Source: a virus. From it: 64,000 bases of DNA. The stretch is from IMG/VR virus record IMGVR_UViG_3300045988_184285; one strand, written 5' to 3'. Below are positions 1 through 8,196 of the stretch, piece by piece. The first letter of the stretch is position 1. Each line of letters opens with the position of its first letter. Both the position numbers and the translations under genes were made by a program. The notes beneath the pieces were generated by a model, which worked only from the letters and a program-made list of their open reading frames with translations, did not search any database and was not told where the DNA came from.

Positions 1-215
1 TGGTTGAATGTTACGGGTTTCTTTTCCAAGGTTCCATAAAACCGCTGCCCGTACAAGGCATCTACCTTGTGCTCGCCATTGGCGAGCGGCACACGAATGA
101 AACGGTAGTAGCGCCCGGACGGTTTTCCGGTATCGAGAATTGTGTTGCCTTCGAACACGGATGCGCCGGATTTGATAGCCTGCTCAAAATCCTCACGAGT
201 TAAATTGATAGTCAT
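1..215 (-). CDS. hypothetical protein (3' part lies beyond window start)
   Basis: Minus-strand frame open from ATG at 213-215 to window edge, RBS AGGAAG upstream; MTINLTREDFEQAIKSGASVFEGN...; no domain recognised. Confidence 0.4.
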   Translation of the reverse strand, partial: MTINLTREDFEQAIKSGASVFEGNTILDTGKPSGRYYRFIRVPLANGEHKVDALYGQRFYGTLEKKPVTFN

Positions 216-244
216 AATTTCTTCCTTTCTGTTTTTGTTATTTT

Positions 245-991
245 TCAGCTGTTTTCTTCGATGCACAATTTGCTGCTACGAATGTTTTCCAACCATTTTT
301 CATCCATTACATTACCAAAACGATATTTCTTCTGCGACTCGTAGGACAAATCGCAGCCGGAAACGACATCACCGATGGCGTTCAAGTACAGCTCGCCGCT
401 GTAAAAGTCGATGCCGCCGGTTTTGCTGAATTCGTATTCGAGCTTATCTACATAAGGTTCACGTTTCTTATAGATATTCGAATCGAGATTCTTAGCACGT
501 CCCTCGTTGAGAAGATAATTTTTGTGAAAGTCCGTCACCTTATCATCGTAGTTGTATTTCAAACCACTGAGAATACTTGCACTTTCGCTGGAAATTTCTT
601 CATGGAAATCATCGCTGCTGATACAAAGACCACACGAATAGTCATCCTTGTCATCGCAATAATTCCACCACTCCAGACTCGCCATAGCAAGGTCAGCCAT
701 CTTATCGACGGCTTTTCCGTTAGTGACCATATAAAAGCTTCCAACGGCGATACCGCGCTCTTTGACAGCTTTCAAGGTGTATCGAATTGCCGGTATATTC
801 AGAGAGATTTCCCCACCGGTAAAGGTAAGAGAGCTGATATAAGCTTCCGTCTCAAAGCTGTCGAGAAAAGCATCGATGTACTTCTCCTGAATATCGATGC
901 TTTCGGCATCTCCGCGCAGGCAGTGCGCACAGCACATATTGCACCGACGCGTAACTTCTATGAATACGCTGTTTGCGCTATAAATACGCAT
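245..991 (-). CDS. radical SAM domain protein
   Basis: 248 aa; N-terminal CxxxCxxC (RRCNMCCAHC) plus glycine-rich SAM motif TFTGGE; RBS AGAAAGGA upstream of ATG. Confidence 0.6.
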   Translation of the reverse strand: MRIYSANSVFIEVTRRCNMCCAHCLRGDAESIDIQEKYIDAFLDSFETEAYISSLTFTGGEISLNIPAIRYTLKAVKERGIAVGSFYMVTNGKAVDKMADLAMASLEWWNYCDDKDDYSCGLCISSDDFHEEISSESASILSGLKYNYDDKVTDFHKNYLLNEGRAKNLDSNIYKKREPYVDKLEYEFSKTGGIDFYSGELYLNAIGDVVSGCDLSYESQKKYRFGNVMDEKWLENIRSSKLCIEENS

Positions 992-1009
992 TTTTTCATG
1001 TCCTTTCTG

Positions 1010-1339
1010 TTATTCTTCCGTGCAATCGTCGTAGTCATCCATGAAACTCTCGTTGCGGTCAACGACAACATTCACATCCGGCGGCGCAATTTTAGCCAGA
1101 CCATAGTTCAAGAAGAACGAGCCGGGAATGTCATCGACATCGCCCCAGTTCCAGCAACCACAGTTGATTTCAAGCTGTCGTTTGCCTTCGTCCGTCTTGA
1201 GATAATCTTTGATTGCGCCGCGCAGGACGCTTTCCGGGTCATGGATTTGCTCCGGATTATAGCTGAATTGCATCAGCGTGCATTCCGTTGTGGATAAGCC
1301 AATGGCCTCATTGGCAACAATTGTAAAAAGCTTTGTCAT
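1010..1339 (-). CDS. hypothetical protein
   Basis: ORF-track frame; start moved to internal ATG (MTKLFTIVANE...) preceded by GAGGAGG RBS. Confidence 0.5.
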   Translation of the reverse strand: MTKLFTIVANEAIGLSTTECTLMQFSYNPEQIHDPESVLRGAIKDYLKTDEGKRQLEINCGCWNWGDVDDIPGSFFLNYGLAKIAPPDVNVVVDRNESFMDDYDDCTEE

Positions 1340-1361
1340 AGTAATCCTCCTCAATAAACAG

Positions 1362-1817
1362 TCAGGCACAACGAACGCGAATGACATTATCATCATTCGA
1401 CAAGCAAACAATCACGTCCACATCCGGTCCCTCTTTCTCAAGAGCACCTTCAAGGATTGGCTTTATTTTGTGCCATTGATTTTCTGTGATTTTGCAGCCG
1501 GGGCTCATAAGCAGAATATTTGCTTCGGCCAGCTTTGCTTTCATGACCACTTGCAGGAAACAACCGTATAGGTATCCGTAATTCACCTTGTTACTTTCAA
1601 GACAAATCATATCTGCTATTACGGTCCTTTTATTGCCATAGCAGTTCACAACATGTCCCAAGTGATGCTCAGATTTGTCATACCGTACCTTGGCATCCGG
1701 AAACATGCTTTCAATAAATTCGTTTTTGAAAACACCACTGCTATCACAAAAAACACAAACGATATTTTTGCCGGAAAACTCCTGACTTGATAAACAGCTT
1801 TTTGTCTTTTTTATCAA
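1362..1817 (-). CDS. hypothetical protein
   Basis: 151 aa ORF, TTG start; downstream of class B promoter and leader hairpin. Confidence 0.45.
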   Translation of the reverse strand: MIKKTKSCLSSQEFSGKNIVCVFCDSSGVFKNEFIESMFPDAKVRYDKSEHHLGHVVNCYGNKRTVIADMICLESNKVNYGYLYGCFLQVVMKAKLAEANILLMSPGCKITENQWHKIKPILEGALEKEGPDVDVIVCLSNDDNVIRVRCA

Positions 1818-1844
1818 TTCTTCTTCATCATCCTTTCGGCGATA

Positions 1845-1881
1845 ACAAAAAATACCGCCACCTCTTACGAGATAGCGGTAT
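1845..1881 (-). terminator. leader hairpin + T-run between class B promoter and gene 1362..1817
   Basis: minus-strand 'ataccgctatctcgtaagaggtggcggtat' 7-bp stem followed by TTTTTTGTT, then RBS. Confidence 0.5.
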
Positions 1882-1923
1882 GTTGATTTTGAATTGTAAT
1901 TGTATTTTATCTATCGAATATAC

Positions 1924-1953
1924 TTAGTATATCGATTTTGCAGCAATTTGCAA
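1924..1953 (-). promoter_or_regulatory. class B promoter (TTGCAA-N16-TATACT, conserved spacer GCTGCAAA)
   Basis: minus-strand 'cTTGCAAattgctgcaaaatcgaTATACT'; member of 6-copy motif family. Confidence 0.5.
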
Positions 1954-2010
1954 GCGCAGCTATTTAGTGGCGCTTCAACTTTTTCCGGGGGTTTTATTTT
2001 TTCGCTTTAC

Positions 2011-2808
2011 TTACAGCAAACTCATCTCTGCACGATATGCATCGGCATCGTAGCCCCAGATATTACAAGCAAAATCGATTGCTGCGTTACCTTCGCTGGG
2101 ATAACCGTCGTCAACAAAATCTCCTTTGCAAAGCGCATACCAACCACAATTACTTCCGATATCCTCATCCGCATATTCTACACGAATATTGGCGTGTGGA
2201 AATTTACGGCTCAGTTCGACAATGGCGCATGTAGGCGTATTCCAAGGAGTCTTAAAGTTAACAGTGATTTCCGTATCATTTGTTCTACGGATACTCACAT
2301 CGAAGACATCCCACTTTACGCCCCAATTTGCGACACGCCAATAATACCACGAGGCATATCCATAGCTTACGGCGTTTTCCAATGTACGTTCCGCCACAGC
2401 GTCGAACTCCTCGATATTATAGGGGATACGTTTCAGGTTGATGAGTTTGCTATCTTTCACATGTTCCAGTTTGGAGCGAGCTTCCGCAGCTTCCTTGCAA
2501 ACACCAACCATATCTGATGCAGTAAGTTTTTCCTTCCTGTGCAGGAGAAAAGTTTCTCTGCAAATAGCCTTTCTTACGTTTTCCGGATACTTCTCCGGGT
2601 CAATTCCGTATTTATTTACGGCCGCCCATGCGAGCATCCTGTCACATGGCGATACGATTTGCAGTGATTCCGGCATAGGAACAACAGACTGAAGCGAAAA
2701 ATCTTTTTCGCCATCATCGTCTTTTCCCTTGACACGATTCAGAAAATCCTCCAACTCTGCCTGAGAATTGAAAGAAACAAACATGATATTCATGATATTG
2801 TTTGCCAT
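2011..2808 (-). CDS. hypothetical protein (conserved WYYWRVANWGVKWDV motif)
   Basis: 265 aa ORF, RBS AAAGGAG; no confident family assignment. Confidence 0.55.
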   Translation of the reverse strand: MANNIMNIMFVSFNSQAELEDFLNRVKGKDDDGEKDFSLQSVVPMPESLQIVSPCDRMLAWAAVNKYGIDPEKYPENVRKAICRETFLLHRKEKLTASDMVGVCKEAAEARSKLEHVKDSKLINLKRIPYNIEEFDAVAERTLENAVSYGYASWYYWRVANWGVKWDVFDVSIRRTNDTEITVNFKTPWNTPTCAIVELSRKFPHANIRVEYADEDIGSNCGWYALCKGDFVDDGYPSEGNAAIDFACNIWGYDADAYRAEMSLL

Positions 2809-2825
2809 TTATTTTCTCCTTTGTC

Positions 2826-3014
2826 TTACGCGGGTACGCGTACGCAAGAATAGTGGCAAGCTCCACAATTCAGGAACTTTGCCCGCTTCATCGCCTCATC
2901 CAAGCTGAACCGCGTCGCTTCGTTAATGTTGGCAGTATCACTCTTACACTCTACGTAAAAACGCACATCTCCAAAAAACGGGTCTTTACGGCTTAGCGCA
3001 TACATATTTTCCAA
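2826..3014 (-). CDS. small hypothetical protein (62 aa)
   Basis: TTG start with GAGGAGG RBS; a truncated copy of its 5' end recurs at 3541-3598. Confidence 0.45.
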   Translation of the reverse strand: MENMYALSRKDPFFGDVRFYVECKSDTANINEATRFSLDEAMKRAKFLNCGACHYSCVRVPA

Positions 3015-3041
3015 AATAAGTCCTCCTCAAATATACTTCTC

Positions 3042-3121
3042 TCAGAACTTCTCGAATTCCTCGCTCGGCATCTGTGCTTCCGCTTCATCCAGCAGTCTTT
3101 TGTAGGAATCGCTGGAAACAT
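3042..3121 (-). pseudogene. 3'-terminal remnant of a paralog of gene 3611..4350
   Basis: ~80 bp ~90% identical to the 3' end of 3611..4350 (…AQMPSEEFEKF), W codon replaced by stop; no 5' part. Confidence 0.5.
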
Positions 3122-3151
3122 TTCCTTTCCTTATTAGGGTATTTATTTTCG

Positions 3152-3493
3152 TCAAATGATAACGGCTTCCAATGCTACAGCACCAGACCCAATTTCATCA
3201 GCAACTTTTGATGCTGTTGCAAAATCGTGGTGAGCATATGGCCCTTGCGAATCCATATAAGTGACTCGGTAGGCATAATCTGGCTCAAATGATGGGCTTA
3301 CAATAATGTAAATACCAGTATTTAACTGATATGTGATGGCATCAGCTTTTTCGATTTGAGCGATGATTTCCTTTCGACGCTTAGCTTCCGACTGCAAGTA
3401 TTCAGATGCTGCCTCTTTAATAGGGTCACAAAGGAAAATATCGTCTGGATTACCCGTAATCGGGGGTAGGTCACCCGGATAATAGGATATCAT
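3152..3493 (-). CDS. hypothetical protein
   Basis: 113 aa ORF, RBS GGAG upstream. Confidence 0.5.
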   Translation of the reverse strand: MISYYPGDLPPITGNPDDIFLCDPIKEAASEYLQSEAKRRKEIIAQIEKADAITYQLNTGIYIIVSPSFEPDYAYRVTYMDSQGPYAHHDFATASKVADEIGSGAVALEAVII

Positions 3494-3540
3494 GCTTTCA
3501 TCTCCTTCTTTTTGTCTTCAGCGATGACTTTTTGGAACAC

Positions 3541-3598
3541 GTTAATGTTGGTAGTATCGCTCTTACGCTTTACGGCTCAACACATACATATTTTCCAA
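3541..3598 (-). pseudogene. truncated remnant of small ORF 2826..3014 (MENMYVLSRKA*)
   Basis: same RBS+TTG+MENMY start as 2826..3014 but internal ~33-bp deletion creates early stop. Confidence 0.45.
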
Positions 3599-3610
3599 AA
3601 TAAGTCCTCC

Positions 3611-4350
3611 TCAAATGTACCTCTCCCAGAACTTTTCGAATTCCTCGCTTGGCATCTGTGCTTCCGTTTCATCCAACAGTCTTTCGTAAGAATCACTGGA
3701 AACATCGGTGCCAATAAAATCGGCAACGGCATCATGACCGCGCTGCATCAAGGCGTCTTTCAGAATCGCCCAACGACATTCGTGAATGGCATCATCCAGC
3801 GTTTTGTTGCCAGCAGGCTGCCAATACTCGTCTGTCTGCTGAATTCGATAAAACTCATCCAGCGCATCATCAACATTGTTTTCGCTAAGAATATCGTCAA
3901 TAAAATTGACAGGATAATCCTTGCCGTTGATTTCCACTTCTGCATAACTGAAACAGTCGTCATCACACGGCATTGCTGCACAGGTGACATCGAAAATTTC
4001 GTGCGTTTCCTTGTTTACCTTGCAAGGCAACTGGAACGTTGCTCCTGACTCGAAGTAAGAAAAGACGACCGCTTCCTCAACATCGTTGTCGGGGCATTTC
4101 GCAGACTGGATGAATTCCGGCATAGACAGCACATCAATACTCTCTCTTCGGTCGCCCATGGCAGGATAAACCTTCATGATTGTATAACCATCATGCTGCA
4201 GCTTTCGGATAGCACGGCACAGGTCGAGATGCATTTCATGAAGACTGATGTCACTGCCTCGCCCGTCTTTTTTGGTATAGATTTCGACAACTACATCTTC
4301 AGAGGTGGTCTGAACAACATAATAGGTCTTATCATTACAAATCTTAAACA
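3611..4350 (-). CDS. hypothetical protein
   Basis: start set at ATG (MFKICNDK...) preceded by GGGAG RBS; 246 aa; acidic. Confidence 0.55.
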
Positions 4351-4372
4351 TAGCACTTATCTCCCTTCTCAA

Positions 4373-4570
4373 TCAAACAAAAGCCAGAAAATCGTTGGCC
4401 GGAATCTGTCGCTGAGCATCGTAAGCGGTGCCGTAGACATCATCACCCCAACTGATTTGCACATCCTTCGTCCACAGAGCAAGCTCGGACATTTTTGCTG
4501 CCACGGCTTTTGCGGAGCTGCAGATATACTTCTTGACGGCGTTGTTTTCTTTTACGTTAATTGTAAACAT
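4373..4570 (-). CDS. small hypothetical protein
   Basis: start at internal ATG (MFTINVKENN) with AAGGAGG RBS. Confidence 0.5.
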   Translation of the reverse strand: MFTINVKENNAVKKYICSSAKAVAAKMSELALWTKDVQISWGDDVYGTAYDAQRQIPANDFLAFV

Positions 4571-4592
4571 TTCAATTTCCTCCTTAACACAA

Positions 4593-4624
4593 CAAAAAAA
4601 CAGCCATCTCGATTGAGATGGCTG
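4593..4624 (-). terminator. leader hairpin + T8 between class B promoter and gene 4373..4570
   Basis: perfect 10-bp stem cagccatctc/gagatggctg, minus-strand TTTTTTTT follows. Confidence 0.6.
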
Positions 4625-4686
4625 CACGAACAGATTTTGAACTAAAACAAGTCAAGGAATTGATACTTTGATTTATCTTAGTTTCT

Positions 4687-4716
4687 TAATTATATCTACT
4701 TTGCAGCAATTGACAA
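4687..4716 (-). promoter_or_regulatory. class B promoter (TTGTCA-N16-TATAAT)
   Basis: minus-strand 'TTGTCAattgctgcaaagtagaTATAAT'. Confidence 0.55.
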
Positions 4717-4746
4717 GATAGCCACAACAGGAATGCAACATCGTAT

Positions 4747-4968
4747 TCACGGTACTTTTTCAACGACATCTTCACCGTAAACCACGAACAGACCAGAGCC
4801 GTTATCCCAGCGAACCATGATACTGCCGGTATCGTCTATACCTGAAACTGTGCCGAGTGTTCCAATAGGCGGAGCCTGAATATCATCCATTTTCAGCAGT
4901 TTCACGCGTGTTCCGGCTGGATATTCGGCACGGAGCGCAGCAACGATTTCTCGATTTGGAAAAATCAT
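4747..4968 (-). CDS. DUF4314-like small protein
   Basis: 73 aa; ...GTRVKLLKMDDIQAPPIGTLGTVSGIDDTGSIMVRWDNGSGL... resembles DUF4314 proteins common on Firmicutes mobile elements. Confidence 0.45.
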   Translation of the reverse strand: MIFPNREIVAALRAEYPAGTRVKLLKMDDIQAPPIGTLGTVSGIDDTGSIMVRWDNGSGLFVVYGEDVVEKVP

Positions 4969-4984
4969 AAATACACCTCGCCTC

Positions 4985-5533
4985 TTAGTATGTCACGGTG
5001 TCAAAGAACTCCTGACATTCCTCATCGTTCAACACAACACCAAAGTAGGCAACACGCTCGACGGTGGTTTCCCACACCTTAACGGTACGCGTCATAGGCT
5101 GAACGACCCACGAATGCTGTCGCCAAAGGCCATCTTCACTCAGGGCATATCCGGTCGCAATCTGACATCTGCCACGATTTGCATCCCACAGATAAGCAGC
5201 GTTCTGATGGCAACGACAATCTTCGCCCTTCTTCATGTACCTGGAGTTATAAAAAAACTGTCCTCGTTCCAGCACTTTCTCCGCATCTTCGTCACGAGTA
5301 TTGAGCAAAACCTCATCGCCACCGAAAGTTAAAATTCTGTCACGCAGAGCACGCAAAGTCTTTTTCATTTCGTTTGTGAGCCAAGGCGCGGTGGCGTCCT
5401 CGTTGTACAGCTGCATTGCCTCTACTCGTTTTTTCCATTCCTTATCCATTGGATTCCAGCGGACAGGGTTCGCAACCATATCAGGAGAGGTCATGGGCGT
5501 TTTGGCATTCCAACTAAATTTCTTATTTGCCAT
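4985..5533 (-). CDS. hypothetical protein
   Basis: start at ATG (MANKKFSWN) with AAAGGAG RBS; 182 aa. Confidence 0.5.
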   Translation of the reverse strand: MANKKFSWNAKTPMTSPDMVANPVRWNPMDKEWKKRVEAMQLYNEDATAPWLTNEMKKTLRALRDRILTFGGDEVLLNTRDEDAEKVLERGQFFYNSRYMKKGEDCRCHQNAAYLWDANRGRCQIATGYALSEDGLWRQHSWVVQPMTRTVKVWETTVERVAYFGVVLNDEECQEFFDTVTY

Positions 5534-5592
5534 TATAATACTCCTTTTCAACAAAACCGCTTACCTTTTTCAGGTAAGCGGTTATATTTTGA

Positions 5593-6255
5593 TTATGCGA
5601 GCATGGGATATATTTCTTTCTTTACCGCCCTCATAAGAGCGGCAGCATGTGCAGCGTTTTGTGCATTGCCAACACCTGCGCGAGATATTTTTGGATTCAC
5701 ACGCTCAATGAAATTTTTCTTATACGGGGCAGAAATGCTCCTTGCAGCATCGATAATCTGTTTCATGTTTTCAGCGTCGATTTTTTGCTGAACGCATAAT
5801 TCTTGTAACCGTGTGCAAAAAGCGTCTTTGTTGTCCCGTACAGAAGTAGAATGATTTTTTGTTTCTTTATGTGGGATGACTGCCTCACAGGCTATCCGTT
5901 TAACGCTTAACCATTTACTGCACATGGTCTGAATAAGCCCGTCATATCCCTTGTCTGCCGACACGATGATATAATTACTTTTCTTTCCTGTTGTGCAAAG
6001 ACTACCAAGTTTAGCAACAACGTGGAAATCCATGCTGTTTTTCCCTGCATTGGAGACGCAGAACTCTACTTGGTTGACTGGGTACTTTGCCAGAAAAACC
6101 TGCAATTCTTTAAGTGACATGTATGTGGCTTCCGGACCGATGAAGATAATCAGCTTGTCCTTTTTGGTTTTAAAATGCACTACATTTAGCCATTTCTTTT
6201 GGACATTCTCGGTATCTATCAGCCAAATGGTTCGAGTGCAGCTCACACATTTCAC
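5593..6255 (-). CDS. NYN-domain (PIN-like nuclease) protein
   Basis: WLIDTENV ... NYIIVSADKGYDGLIQ motifs typical of NYN/LabA-like domain; probable GTG start overlapping upstream stop (GTGA). Confidence 0.45.
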   Translation of the reverse strand: MKCVSCTRTIWLIDTENVQKKWLNVVHFKTKKDKLIIFIGPEATYMSLKELQVFLAKYPVNQVEFCVSNAGKNSMDFHVVAKLGSLCTTGKKSNYIIVSADKGYDGLIQTMCSKWLSVKRIACEAVIPHKETKNHSTSVRDNKDAFCTRLQELCVQQKIDAENMKQIIDAARSISAPYKKNFIERVNPKISRAGVGNAQNAAHAAALMRAVKKEIYPMLA

Positions 6256-6548
6256 CCCCACACTTCGGTGACTTTTCTGGGGATTCCGTGCTTGTCGATA
6301 CACTGCCGGTAAATTGTAAACTTACTGTTCGGGTGCGCCTTCATATAGTCAGCGCGTGCCGCGTCCGTGTTCGCAATCAGCAGATTTTTATCAGCAATAA
6401 GAACGCTTTCCCATCCGGAATCGAGAAGCGTACTGGCAACATCCTTGAAAGATACGTCTGCAGGCGTGTCGCACTTACAAACCCCTCGTGCGATAGGATG
6501 CGCAGTGGCAATGATTTTTGCTGCCGTTATCACAGTCTCGTAACTCAT
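6252..6548 (-). CDS. hypothetical protein
   Basis: 98 aa, AGGAGG RBS. Confidence 0.5.
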   Translation of the reverse strand: MSYETVITAAKIIATAHPIARGVCKCDTPADVSFKDVASTLLDSGWESVLIADKNLLIANTDAARADYMKAHPNSKFTIYRQCIDKHGIPRKVTEVWG

Positions 6549-6560
6549 AGTGTCCTCCTA

Positions 6561-6818
6561 TCACGCCACCTCGAAATACTTTTCGACATCGCTGTTGATA
6601 GAACGCGCAGGAACACCCTTGGTCTTCTCACTGTAGTAGCCACGCTTTTTCAGCGTGTTCTTAACAATAGAAATGCTCTTGTCGCTGCGCATGGTACGCT
6701 TTCTCTTTTCGATGCGTGCAGAACGAATGCGCTTTTCGTACTTCTGCATACGAACAGCGTCCATAATGATAGGAGCAGTAGTCTCCGCGACATACTCGTT
6801 AAAAGTTTTCATATTCAC
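6561..6818 (-). CDS. hypothetical basic protein
   Basis: 85 aa, RBS GGAGGA. Confidence 0.5.
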   Translation of the reverse strand: MNMKTFNEYVAETTAPIIMDAVRMQKYEKRIRSARIEKRKRTMRSDKSISIVKNTLKKRGYYSEKTKGVPARSINSDVEKYFEVA

Positions 6819-6845
6819 ATATCCTCCGTAATATATTATTTTTCT

Positions 6846-6884
6846 AAATAAAAAAGGCAGCTATTTTCTCAAAAATAGCTGCCT
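6846..6884 (-). terminator. leader hairpin + T-run between class B promoter and gene 6561..6818
   Basis: stem aggcagctattttt/aaaatagctgcct, minus-strand TTTTTTATTT follows, then RBS. Confidence 0.55.
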
Positions 6885-6973
6885 TTAGTACATTGTGATT
6901 GGCGATAATTCAATCATACACGCCCATAAAACTCTGGTACGATGCATTGTGTGATTTTATTTATCGGATAACT

Positions 6974-7003
6974 ATATATTATTAACTTTGCAGCAATTTG
7001 CAA
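6974..7003 (-). promoter_or_regulatory. class B promoter (TTGCAA-N16-TAATAT)
   Basis: minus-strand 'TTGCAAattgctgcaaagttaaTAATAT'. Confidence 0.5.
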
Positions 7004-7016
7004 GTACAGGATACAA

Positions 7017-7049
7017 TAAAAAGCGCCTCCCATATTACGGGGAAGCGCC
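7017..7049 (-). terminator. intrinsic terminator after gene 7060..7659
   Basis: hairpin ggcgcttcccc…gggaggcgc followed by TTTTT on minus strand. Confidence 0.55.
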
Positions 7050-7059
7050 TTAGTGTTAT

Positions 7060-7659
7060 TTATTCTTTGTTGTCCGAAGAAATTTTCGGAGACTTCTTCT
7101 TCTCAACGAAAGCATCAATCGTTCGGCCGAAACGATTAAGAAGCATTGCGCCAAGATAAAGAATGATGCCGCTAATCATGATACCAACATCAAGCGTCTC
7201 AAATCCTGCAAAACTCTTGCAATAAATAGAACTAACTGCGAGAGCGCCAAGCGTTGGCAGCGAAGCAATCGTTACCGTAAGTGCCGCATACACAACACTA
7301 TTCAGAACAGTACCAATACTTGCAATGATGCCGCGCTTTTTAAAAGTGCGCTGCTTATCGTAGGACATCTGATAAGCCCCGATAAGACTTGGTTCACGAA
7401 TAATGTCGCGCAGATGCAGCAGACACCACGCCAAAACAGCACACCCGATGCCGCAGCCGACCTTATAGGCGCTCATGCGAGAACCCAACAGGTCATTTGC
7501 GTTGACGGGAACGATGAACGCCAGAATGTTGAACAGGACGGCAAACAAGACGAACATTGCCATGTGGGGATTCTTGGCAGTGTTGCGAGCCTCGTTCTTT
7601 GCCTTACTTGCGACTTCCTCGGTCTGATTGTGAATTTTCACATTGAGAATCTTTTCCAT
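7060..7659 (-). CDS. membrane protein (about 4 TM)
   Basis: 199 aa, hydrophobic segments, RBS AAAGGAAAGG. Confidence 0.55.
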   Translation of the reverse strand: MEKILNVKIHNQTEEVASKAKNEARNTAKNPHMAMFVLFAVLFNILAFIVPVNANDLLGSRMSAYKVGCGIGCAVLAWCLLHLRDIIREPSLIGAYQMSYDKQRTFKKRGIIASIGTVLNSVVYAALTVTIASLPTLGALAVSSIYCKSFAGFETLDVGIMISGIILYLGAMLLNRFGRTIDAFVEKKKSPKISSDNKE

Positions 7660-7706
7660 TTTTTACCTTTCCTTTCGTGCGAACGATTTAGTTATAAATC
7701 GTTTTT

Positions 7707-8018
7707 TTAGTCGTGATAGCGGTGCGAAATACCGTATATGATTGCGAGCGCTAATGCAATGTAGATATAAAGATATCCCTTCTCAATCATGTTCAGAATC
7801 GCAATAGTTAAGTACGAAAAAGCACCGCAAGAAGAAGCGGCACTCATTTTGCCGAAAAAGAACATCACCATCTGGGAAGCGATTGCTGCAGGAATGGTAA
7901 TCTGGAAGCACCAAGCCTCAATGATTCCGTTCCAGTCGAGAGCGGCGATGAAGCTGACTCCCATGGCAAAAGTCCATAAAAACGCGGCAACGAGAACGAT
8001 ACTGTCAAACACATTCAT
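7707..8018 (-). CDS. small membrane protein (3 TM)
   Basis: start at ATG (MNVFDSIV) with GGAGG RBS. Confidence 0.5.
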   Translation of the reverse strand: MNVFDSIVLVAAFLWTFAMGVSFIAALDWNGIIEAWCFQITIPAAIASQMVMFFFGKMSAASSCGAFSYLTIAILNMIEKGYLYIYIALALAIIYGISHRYHD

Positions 8019-8073
8019 AGTAAATACCTCCATAATTTAAAGAGTTGTAAACATCGGACATCTATATAAACAG

Positions 8074-8107
8074 CAAAAAGCCGCCGATGGAACAATCCAT
8101 TGGCGGC
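8074..8107 (-). terminator. hairpin + T-run downstream of class B promoter; also candidate terminator of the sec-sortase operon
   Basis: 11-bp stem gccgccaatgg/ccatcggcggc (1 mismatch), TTTTTGCTGTTT follows on minus strand. Confidence 0.5.
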
Positions 8108-8159
8108 TCAGTTGCCGATTGCAATAATACAGTTAAATCATTTGATTTATGTTATGTTT

Positions 8160-8190
8160 CAATTATATTAACTTCGCAGCATAATGCAAG
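8160..8190 (-). promoter_or_regulatory. class B promoter (TTGCAT-N16-TATAAT)
   Basis: minus-strand 'TTGCATtatgctgcgaagttaaTATAAT'. Confidence 0.5.
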
Positions 8191-8196
8191 TGTTTT

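Noticed and set aside
142-429. 95-aa plus-strand ORF
   Set aside because: It overlaps two minus-strand genes and has a low-complexity translation, so it is probably spurious.
524-1297. 257-aa plus-strand ORF
   Set aside because: It overlaps the radical SAM gene and gene 1010..1339 in antisense. It has no RBS and no domain.
5593-6303. Full 236-aa extent of the NYN-protein ORF starting at 6303
   Set aside because: The upstream 48 nt overlap gene 6252..6548 and lack an RBS. A GTG at 6255 overlapping the upstream stop (GTGA) is more plausible. The true start remains uncertain.
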